IMG/VR virus record: IMGVR_UViG_2700989508_000011
Source: a virus
Lineage: Duplodnaviria > Heunggongvirae > Uroviricota > Caudoviricetes
Direction: 5' to 3' (one strand)
DNA: 5,857 bases
The notes below the pieces were generated by a model, which worked only from the letters and a program-made list of their open reading frames with translations, ran no database searches and was not told the origin of the DNA. A program made the translations under genes and the position numbers. Shown one piece after another: positions 1-5,857 of the stretch. Within the stretch, counting starts at the first letter, position 1. Each line of letters starts with the position of its first letter.

Positions 1-2089
1 CATAACTGTTAATTGCCCTGACTGTCAGGGTGTATTCCCCGAGCGGCAGACCACTGAAACGATGCTCTGTATCCGCAGTGATGGCGGTGGTCACCAGACG
101 GCTGTCTTCTCCGCTTCCGCTGGTCAGGCGCAGACTGAAGCGCACACCCTTCACCACCCGCGGCGTGTCCCATTTCGCCTGTGCCAGATACTGACCGTCA
201 GCTGCGCTCACCTCCACCGTCAGGTGCTGCACTGCCGGAGGGATGACGCTGTTCAGGGTGCCTGACTGCGGCTCAAAGCTGGCCCCGTTATCCACGATGG
301 CTTCCTTTTCCGGTACGTGCTGCACCGCCGTGATGGCAAAGGTGCCGTCCGTGTTTTCCCGGATGGAGACACAGCGGAACAGGCGACGACGCAGTGACTG
401 CAGGGAGAGTCCCCATACACCGTATGTCTCCACACCATCAGGCAGGGTGCTGACCTGTATCCGGTCCGGCGCGGGGTGTGCGGTGATGGCCACGCTCACC
501 GGCTTACCGCTGCCGTTAATCAGGTTCACCGTGGCGGCACCTGTCTCCGGCAGGGTCACCTCACGGTCCAGTGTCAGGGTGCGGCTGGCGGCATCAATGG
601 ACAGGACACGTCCGCCGGTCAGGGTCCCGGCATAGTCGTTATCACAGATTTCAATAATGTCACCGGGTGTGTGCCGCAGCCCCTGAGACCCGAGCGTGAA
701 ATCCACCGTCTGCGTTTCCAGCAGTCCGGTCTTTATCACCCACAGTCCGGCACGGTGGGCCTGACCGCGGCTGGTACAGCCGAACGCGTCCATCTTCAGC
801 AGGTTGCGTCCGTAGCGCAGTATGGCTTCCGGGTCTTCCACCAGTTCCGTGGAGGTCTGCCAGCCGTTCTGCGGGTCGGTGTAATTCACCTCCACCGCCG
901 TGTGCCGGTCCTTCAGGGCACTGAAGCTGTAGCGGAATCCCACGCCGTTATCATCCACCACCACATCGCTGTTGGTGTACGGCCACACCACATCCGACGG
1001 GCGGTCCTGAACGAACGTCAGCGTCTGGCCGTTCCATACCGGCATACAGCGCATCGCCGAGCAGAAATCACTGAGAACGTCCCACGCCTTACGCTGTTGT
1101 GACAGGTACGCATTAAAGGTCATCCGCGGCTCTGTGCCCCCGAAACCATCCGGGACCGTCTGGTCGCAGTACTGCCCGATGGCATACAGCGCCCACTTGT
1201 CAACATCCGCCGCCACCAGACGTTTTCCCATGCCGTAGCGCGGGTGAGTCAGCATGTCCCACAGGCACCAGGCCGGGTTGTTGCTGTATGCCGGTTTCAG
1301 GCTGCCGTCCCAGATGCCGCTGTACGTGCGTTTTTCCGGGTCATAGTTTGACGGTACCTGGATGATGCGACCGCGGATATGGTAGTTCACCGTCATCTGC
1401 TGACCGCCAAACTGCTCCGCATCCACCTGCAGCCCCACAATCGCCGTGTTCGGGTAGCACTGTTTCACATCGATGATTTCGGTGTATGACGACCAGAGCG
1501 TCTTATTCTGCAGCTGGTCCGAGGTGCTGTCCGCTGTCTCCCGGACCATCCGGATGTTAAAAGGACGGGGAGGCAGATTACCCAGAATCACCGACGCCAG
1601 AAACTGCGAGGTGGTCTTGCCGTTAATGGTGACATCCTTTTCCGTCACCCAGTTACCGTTACGCTGTAACTGAATCAGCAGTCGGACAGAAGAGGGATTA
1701 CGGTCGCCCTTTGAGGTGGTCTCCAACAGTGACTGCACCCCGAAGGTGACCCGCAGGCGGTCAATGTTCGCGGACGTAATGGTGCGCGTCACCGGCTTTG
1801 CCTTCGTCACTTCCACGCCCAGTGCGGTTTCAGATCCGGAGGACTCAAAGCCTTCCGGTGGTGTCTGCTCCTGCTCCCCGGCACGCCAGACCGCGGTCAC
1901 ACCGTGTATCACGGGATTGCCGTCCGTGTCCGTCAGTGGGGTTTTGTTCACCAGAATACTCTGCAGTCCCTTCACCGGACCTTCTATCGGTCCCTCACCA
2001 ATCGCATCAATCACGCTCATCATCTGCGTGGACTTAAGATTGTCCTTTGCCTCTACCGGCGTGTGCGCCTTGCCGCCACCTTTGCCCAT
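1..2089 (-). CDS. J: Tail tip / host-specificity protein J (central tail fibre), N-terminal ~696 codons; C-terminal receptor-binding part lies beyond the left edge
   Basis: Minus-strand ATG at 2089-2087 (plus 'cat'), preceded by a G-rich SD-like 'aagggtgagaca'. My translation starts MGKGGGKAHTPVEAKDNLKSTQMMSVIDAIGEGPIEGP..., which I recognise as the lambda gpJ N-terminus. At the window start the same frame reads ...RFSGLPLGEYTLTVRAINSY. The track shows no minus-strand ORF ending at 2089, consistent with an open frame to the window edge (the track omits ORFs whose stop lies outside the window). I did not translate every codon. Confidence 0.88.
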   Translation of the reverse strand, partial: MGKGGGKAHTPVEAKDNLKSTQMMSVIDAIGEGPIEGPVKGLQSILVNKTPLTDTDGNPVIHGVTAVWRAGEQEQTPPEGFESSGSETALGVEVTKAKPVTRTITSANIDRLRVTFGVQSLLETTSKGDRNPSSVRLLIQLQRNGNWVTEKDVTINGKTTSQFLASVILGNLPPRPFNIRMVRETADSTSDQLQNKTLWSSYTEIIDVKQCYPNTAIVGLQVDAEQFGGQQMTVNYHIRGRIIQVPSNYDPEKRTYSGIWDGSLKPAYSNNPAWCLWDMLTHPRYGMGKRLVAADVDKWALYAIGQYCDQTVPDGFGGTEPRMTFNAYLSQQRKAWDVLSDFCSAMRCMPVWNGQTLTFVQDRPSDVVWPYTNSDVVVDDNGVGFRYSFSALKDRHTAVEVNYTDPQNGWQTSTELVEDPEAILRYGRNLLKMDAFGCTSRGQAHRAGLWVIKTGLLETQTVDFTLGSQGLRHTPGDIIEICDNDYAGTLTGGRVLSIDAASRTLTLDREVTLPETGAATVNLINGSGKPVSVAITAHPAPDRIQVSTLPDGVETYGVWGLSLQSLRRRLFRCVSIRENTDGTFAITAVQHVPEKEAIVDNGASFEPQSGTLNSVIPPAVQHLTVEVSAADGQYLAQAKWDTPRVVKGVRFSLRLTSGSGEDSRLVTTAITADTEHRFSGLPLGEYTLTVRAINSY

Positions 2090-2121
2090 TGTCTCACCCT
2101 TTACTGTGATAACTGTTCACG

Positions 2122-2154
2122 CACAAAAACAACAGGCATCCCGGAGGATGCCTG
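2122..2154 (-). terminator. Rho-independent terminator-like hairpin on the minus strand, 33 bp upstream of the J start
   Basis: Perfect 9-bp GC-rich inverted repeat CAGGCATCC / GGATGCCTG (plus 2133-2154) with a 4-nt loop. On the minus strand it is followed directly by TTGTTTTTGTG (plus 2122-2132). Confidence 0.5.
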
Positions 2155-2192
2155 TATCATCACTGAATAAAAATTCTGAATATCTTCACATT

Positions 2193-2220
2193 TTCACAAA
2201 CTGACTGTGGCGCTAATAAT
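2193..2220 (+). promoter_or_regulatory. Candidate sigma70-like promoter on the plus strand (antisense to the tail operon)
   Basis: TTCACA (2193-2198; 5/6 to TTGACA), 16-bp spacer, AATAAT (2215-2220; 5/6 to TATAAT), in a ~29% GC stretch; predicted start near 2227. Hexamer match only, no experimental support. Confidence 0.25.
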
Positions 2221-2279
2221 TTCTCTGCGTTAATTTTTTTGTCGTGACATAAGAATAATTCTCTATAGTTAATCTTTGT
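2214..2279. repeat. Imperfect direct repeat, two ~26-bp copies with ~38-bp period, in the I-J intergenic island
   Basis: Copy A 2214-2240 'taataatttctctgcgttaattttttt'; copy B 2252-2279 'agaataattctctatagttaatctttgt'. Shared core AATAATT(T)CTCT...GTTAAT. Aligned by eye. Confidence 0.4.
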
Positions 2280-2286
2280 ATCTCTT

Positions 2287-2320
2287 CCCGCAGCTCCGCA
2301 ACTCTGCGGGATTTTTTTAT
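2287..2320 (+). terminator. Rho-independent terminator-like hairpin on the plus strand, abutting the 3' end of gene I
   Basis: Stem CCCGCAG (2287-2293) / CTGCGGG (2304-2310) with a 10-nt loop, followed by A-TTTTTTT-ATTCTTTTT (2311 onward). On the minus strand the same hairpin is followed by 'aagagataca', so it is terminator-like only for rightward transcription. Confidence 0.5.
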
Positions 2321-2325
2321 TCTTT

Positions 2326-3006
2326 TTACCCCTGCCGCCCGATAACCACCACCTTCCCGCCACCACCTTCATCACGGGTGCTGATGTCCTGGGAGATTCG
2401 CCGGGAGCCAACCAGCATTTCACCGTAAGGCACCGGCATCGGGTTCCCCTGGGCAATCATGTTGTCCAGTGACGAAAAATACGTGTTCTGTTTACCGTTA
2501 TCCGTACTTTTGTACTCCGGCGTCTTTGCCTTCGGGGCCAGCATCTGGGCCACACCGCCCAGTATCATGCTGGCCCCCAGTGAAAACAGCATCGTGGTGG
2601 CAGAAAAACCGCCGGCTGCCAGGGCTGAACCCCATAACGCCATCGTTGCGCCGGCGGTGAAGAAAGAGCCCACGATGGCTGCCGCCCCCAGCACAATCTG
2701 CAGTCCGCCTTTCCCTGCACCGGCCAGTCGCGGCACAATGTGGATGACCGTTCCCTCACCCAGCTGTTCGTGAAGACGGGCGTACACCGCCTCCGGTGCC
2801 GTGTCCTCACCGCGAATACGTATCTGGTACCAGCCTTCGTTCATCTGACGGCGGAATCCCGGCACCTGTAACGACAGCGCCCGGATGGCTTCCGCTGCCG
2901 TGTTCACGTACAGGCTGAGGCGGCGGCCAAATCGTTGCAAATCCCCGTGAAGGCAGATGCGTGCCAGTGGCGGTGACGCCAGGCTGAATGCGTTCGTCGT
3001 TGCCAT
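2326..3006 (-). CDS. I: Tail tip assembly protein I (lambda gpI family)
   Basis: 226-aa ORF starting MATTNAFSLASPPLARICLHGDLQRFGRR..., with a Gly/Ala-rich hydrophobic middle and C-terminal ...DEGGGGKVVVIGRQG. I recognise this as lambda gpI (223 aa). Stop TAA at 2328-2326. The start overlaps the 3' end of K by 103 nt in another frame, as I recall for lambda. Confidence 0.9.
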   Translation of the reverse strand: MATTNAFSLASPPLARICLHGDLQRFGRRLSLYVNTAAEAIRALSLQVPGFRRQMNEGWYQIRIRGEDTAPEAVYARLHEQLGEGTVIHIVPRLAGAGKGGLQIVLGAAAIVGSFFTAGATMALWGSALAAGGFSATTMLFSLGASMILGGVAQMLAPKAKTPEYKSTDNGKQNTYFSSLDNMIAQGNPMPVPYGEMLVGSRRISQDISTRDEGGGGKVVVIGRQG

Positions 3007-3647
3007 TTTTCGGAATACCTCTCCCGTTTACTCAGTTGTTCAGGCAGATGGTGAAGCAGTTCACCGTTGCCGCAGTAAATGGCGGCATGATTGGCCACCG
3101 ATGCGCCAAAGCAGCACAGCAGGATATCGCCCGCCTGTGCAGAGGACAGGGGCACCCGGTAAAAGCCGGTGACCGCCATATTGTCCAGGTAAAGGTTCTG
3201 ACCGTTGCGCCACCAGTCATCCTCACGCTCAAAATCCGGCATATCAATTCCCGCCAGATGGTATGCATCCCGGAACAGCGTGTAACAGTCCGTCACCCCG
3301 TGCTCAAAGCGCCGTCCTGTCAGATGTGGCACACAGCGGAATTTATGAATTTCCCCCCGGCAGACCAGCCACCAGGACAGTGCACTTTTTATCTGCAGCC
3401 GCCGGTCGGCCTCGCTCAGCCAGGGCAGACCACCGGGATGACTGTGGACCAGTGCCACAATCTCCCCCTGCATCTCTGCCCGCAGCCAGTCTTCCGGTGC
3501 AATACGAAAATACGCCTCCGGCTCTGCAGAGATATTCACACAAGGGATATACCGCTCCCCCTCCGGCGTTCTCACCACGAAGCCGCACGACTCCGCAGGC
3601 GCACACCGCCGGGCATGCGCCAGAATCGCTGATTCTGTCTGTGTCAT
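2904..3647 (-). CDS. K: Tail tip assembly protein K (lambda gpK family): N-terminal JAB/MPN (JAMM) domain fused to C-terminal NlpC/P60-type cysteine peptidase domain
   Basis: 247-aa ORF. JAMM motif H-x-H-x7-S-x2-D is present as H68-S-H70...S78..D81 (HSHPGGLPWLSEAD), with an upstream AESCGFVV motif around E19. Papain-like Cys in GVTDCYTLF (C121) and His in ANHAAIY (H187). The ATG at 3647 lies 5 nt after the L stop with no obvious SD, suggesting translational coupling. Lambda gpK is annotated shorter (199 aa by my recollection), so the start is somewhat uncertain. Confidence 0.88.
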   Translation of the reverse strand: MTQTESAILAHARRCAPAESCGFVVRTPEGERYIPCVNISAEPEAYFRIAPEDWLRAEMQGEIVALVHSHPGGLPWLSEADRRLQIKSALSWWLVCRGEIHKFRCVPHLTGRRFEHGVTDCYTLFRDAYHLAGIDMPDFEREDDWWRNGQNLYLDNMAVTGFYRVPLSSAQAGDILLCCFGASVANHAAIYCGNGELLHHLPEQLSKRERYSEKWQRRTHSAWRHRHWHASAFTGICNDLAAASACT

Positions 3648-3652
3648 TGGAT

Positions 3653-4351
3653 TTACTGCGAAAGTTTGTTAATGGAAAGGAAACCGCCAAAATTAGCCAC
3701 CATGCCGCGCATCTCACACCCGCGCATGCACTTGCTGCATCTGTCCTTACGGATATCCGTGGTGGGGTTGTCGAACTCATCCGCCACTGCCGGACCGTTA
3801 TACCCGCATTCATCAGAGCGGTAATCCCACATACAGGTGTTCGCCAGCATGATGCGACCGGGAAACAGCGCCCCGTCCGTCTCGGTCGGTGTGGCCAGCA
3901 CAAACGAGGCCGTCATGGCCGTCAGCGATGACATCTGCTCCACCACCCACCGGTCAGTCAGCTCCTGCTCCGGGTCGGCCTCCGGATTGCCTGCCACAAA
4001 GTTCACCGCATCCAGAAAACGCGCATACACCCGGCGGCGGACCACCGTGGCACCCACCAGGCTCTGCAAATCCTCCGCCATCCCGGTGACAAGACCGAAC
4101 AGATTGGACACCGTCAGCGACGGGCGGGCACTGCTGCCCTTTCCGTTCATCTCAAAGCCACTGCCCTCAATCGGGTACGCCTCATACTTACGCCCCTGCC
4201 AGGTGACCGGCTCCCCTTTTTCATTCAGCTCATTGCAGAAAAAATACCGCTCACCGCCCTGCACCGTCAGGTCGATTTCCCAGAGCACCACCCGCGGTGA
4301 CTGCTCTGACTTAACCGACTCGTTCAGGCTTTCTTCGCGAATATCCTGCAT
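3653..4351 (-). CDS. L: Tail tip protein L (lambda gpL family)
   Basis: 232-aa ORF, MQDIREESLNE...FGGFLSINKLSQ, the same length as lambda gpL and recognisably similar. C-terminal Cys cluster C-x8-C...C-x2-C-x3-C. Its ATG shares one nucleotide with the M stop (TGATG at 4353-4349). Confidence 0.92.
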   Translation of the reverse strand: MQDIREESLNESVKSEQSPRVVLWEIDLTVQGGERYFFCNELNEKGEPVTWQGRKYEAYPIEGSGFEMNGKGSSARPSLTVSNLFGLVTGMAEDLQSLVGATVVRRRVYARFLDAVNFVAGNPEADPEQELTDRWVVEQMSSLTAMTASFVLATPTETDGALFPGRIMLANTCMWDYRSDECGYNGPAVADEFDNPTTDIRKDRCSKCMRGCEMRGMVANFGGFLSINKLSQ

Positions 4352-4692
4352 CAGTTCACCACCTGCTCAATCGTACAACTGAAATCACTGTACCTGGCGT
4401 TATCTGTGACGCTCCACTCCCGGCACACCACCCTCACCGTCCGGTTATGTTTCGGCGGTCGCCACAAAAAGGCACGGTAACCACCATGCCAGGATAAAAA
4501 TTCATCCAGCCAGCGCCGGGTTGGTTCATCCGTCACCCGGAACACCGCCTGAAACGTCTTCAGTCTGGCATTAAGTCCCGTCGGTCGGCGCTGTTCATAA
4601 CCGTCACCAAACCGAACCCTCACCACCGACGGTTTCTCACTCACCTGCATCCCTTCACGCGGGACCAGATGCAGCGTTTTTATCTCAGCCAC
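4351..4692 (-). CDS. M: Tail tip protein M (lambda gpM family)
   Basis: 113-aa ORF containing VRFGDGYEQRRPTGLNARLKTF and ending ...FSCTIEQVVN, resembling lambda gpM (109 aa). GTG start at 4692-4690, preceded by a strong SD (GGAGGA, 7-nt spacing) inside the last codons of H; 8-nt overlap with the H stop. Confidence 0.88.
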   Translation of the reverse strand: MAEIKTLHLVPREGMQVSEKPSVVRVRFGDGYEQRRPTGLNARLKTFQAVFRVTDEPTRRWLDEFLSWHGGYRAFLWRPPKHNRTVRVVCREWSVTDNARYSDFSCTIEQVVN

Positions 4693-5857
4693 TCAGCATT
4701 CCTCCGTCACGTCGCATGGACAGCATCACCGCCTGCACCCGCTGGTCAATCAGCTGCACAAGACTGCCTGCCGCCTCCGCCCCTATCTGTCCGTTAGCCC
4801 CGTCATTCTGAATGGCGATGTGGTAGACCGGGGAATACACCAGACCGGCACTGCCGTTCATACTGCCCACCGCGCGTACGCCCAGCGAGCCATCCGCCGC
4901 CCGGGTCAGGGGCATAATGGCTTCAGGTCCGGCTTCCCCCATCAGCCCGGCCCCTTTTGCAAACGCAAAGTACGTGGGCGTGTCCACAATGCTGTTGCTG
5001 TACGCACTCAGGTTTGCCGAGGTATACACGCCGCCTTTTGCATTGGCCACCGCACCGCCCAGCCAGTCACCAATGCTGCCAATAAATCCTCCCGCACCGG
5101 ACATACCGTTTGCCGCCGTCTTAATTCCGTTGACAATCGCGGCATTCATAAGAACTTTTGAGATTTCCTGCAGTACGGATGAGGCCCAGTTGCGCCATTC
5201 CACTTTGTTTCCGTTCAGCATCTCCGTGATGTTATTCACCATCCCTGAGATACCCTCCGTCGCAAGCTGTGCTGCCTGTGAAGCGTAATCGGATGCATTG
5301 TCCACCCAGTTACTGAGCCCCTCCTGCAAGCCTTTCTGCCAGTCCGCACGCTGCGCATCCGATTCGGCATAAAAGGCTGCCTGGTCCTTAAGGCGTTCGC
5401 TCAGATACTGCGCGTTCTGTGCCCGTGCCTGTCTGTAAAAATCCTCACTGATATCCCCGGTCTGATACTGAGACTGAAGGTCCGCATCCTTCTGGCGGAA
5501 GCTGTCGCGGATCTGCTGCAACTCCCGCATGCGTTCCCTGGCTCGTTCTCCCTGCCCGTATCCCAGCAGTTCGGCTTCATTTGATGCACGCGCAGCCACA
5601 TTATCATTCTTCAGGGTCTCTTCCCGGGATCGCAACTGTTCCCGGATTTTTTGCTGGTCAATCAGGGCCGCGTTACGCAGCAGTTCCTGCTTCTGCATCT
5701 CCGTCAGGGTTTTCAGTTCGCCCTGCGCAGTCTGGTACTTCAGCTTCGCCAGCTCTGTATTCTGACCCGCCAGTGCCAGTTGCTCTTTCTGCTGCTTCAG
5801 TAGCCGGGAAAAACTGTCTTCCGCTTTTTCCGTCTCTGATTTTCCACCCCGGGATTT
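4685..5857 (-). CDS. H: Tail tape-measure protein H, C-terminal ~390 codons; N-terminus lies beyond the right edge
   Basis: Frame open from the window edge (5857) to stop TGA at 4687-4685; the track ORF (337 aa from an internal Met) is only the part after the first in-window ATG. The call rests on the Q/E/R/K-rich helical character of the translation and on its position immediately upstream of M-L-K-I-J; H homology itself was not confirmed. Confidence 0.82.
   Translation of the reverse strand, partial: KSRGGKSETEKAEDSFSRLLKQQKEQLALAGQNTELAKLKYQTAQGELKTLTEMQKQELLRNAALIDQQKIREQLRSREETLKNDNVAARASNEAELLGYGQGERARERMRELQQIRDSFRQKDADLQSQYQTGDISEDFYRQARAQNAQYLSERLKDQAAFYAESDAQRADWQKGLQEGLSNWVDNASDYASQAAQLATEGISGMVNNITEMLNGNKVEWRNWASSVLQEISKVLMNAAIVNGIKTAANGMSGAGGFIGSIGDWLGGAVANAKGGVYTSANLSAYSNSIVDTPTYFAFAKGAGLMGEAGPEAIMPLTRAADGSLGVRAVGSMNGSAGLVYSPVYHIAIQNDGANGQIGAEAAGSLVQLIDQRVQAVMLSMRRDGGMLSG

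Noticed and set aside
253-438. Minus-strand 61-aa ORF 253..438
   Set aside because: It is in a different frame from J within the J coding region; short and without start signals.
243-2204. Plus-strand ORFs 243..635, 476..1102, 1716..2204, 1798..2037 and 1904..2170
   Set aside because: All lie antisense inside the J coding region; 1716..2204 only runs into the intergenic island by chance. No SD, and composition is typical of antisense frames of GC-rich genes.
2141-2204. Plus-strand ATG at 2148 directly after GGAGG (18 codons, MPVSSLNKNSEYLHIFTN)
   Set aside because: The SD-like GGAGG abuts the ATG with zero spacing, which is incompatible with initiation, and the GGAGGATGCC sequence is simply one arm of the terminator hairpin.
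2160-2456. Minus-strand ORF 2160..2456 (98 aa)
   Set aside because: It starts inside gene I in another frame and runs through the I stop and the terminator-like hairpin into the AT-rich island; the product is low complexity (KKNKK, poly-G/R). More likely a frame artefact than a gene.
2459-2810. Small ORFs overlapping gene I on both strands (2459..2773 +, 2469..2660 +, 2565..2810 -)
   Set aside because: They overlap the well-supported I coding region out of frame or antisense; no supporting signals.
2988-3931. Long plus-strand ORFs 2988..3632 (214 aa) and 3263..3931 (222 aa)
   Set aside because: They lie antisense within K and L, are Pro/Arg/Ala-rich low-complexity translations typical of the reverse strand of GC-rich coding DNA, and have no start context. 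The minus-strand genes have clear lambda homology.
3837-5765. Plus-strand ORFs inside L, M and H (3837..4382, 3889..4089, 4820..5161, 4917..5288, 5529..5765)
   Set aside because: Antisense to strongly supported tail genes; low-complexity, Pro/Ser/Ala-rich; no independent signals.
1-5857. tRNA, rRNA, CRISPR array, IS element or integrase
   Set aside because: No cloverleaf-like GC-rich structured segment, no spacer-repeat array, and no terminal inverted repeats flanking a transposase-like ORF were seen; the tail genes are contiguous apart from the I-J island.

Overview
This window is the tail-tip module of a lambda-like (lambdoid) phage or prophage, encoded entirely on the minus strand in the same order as phage lambda: tape-measure protein H (C-terminal part) > M > L > K > I > J (N-terminal ~696 codons, running off the left edge). 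Gene calls rest on my recollection of the lambda proteins, on motifs visible in the translations and on lambda-like junctions; no database search was possible. The one region not explained by tail genes is a ~236-bp AT-rich island (about 29% GC by my count over 2161-2280) between the I stop and the J start. It holds two intrinsic-terminator-like hairpins in opposite orientations, a sigma70-like promoter on the plus strand and an imperfect ~38-bp-period direct repeat, but no credible ORF; I read it as a candidate moron-like small-RNA or regulatory insert, unproven. The long plus-strand ORFs in the track lie antisense inside the GC-rich tail genes and are treated as artefacts. No tRNA, rRNA, CRISPR array, IS element or integrase is visible.
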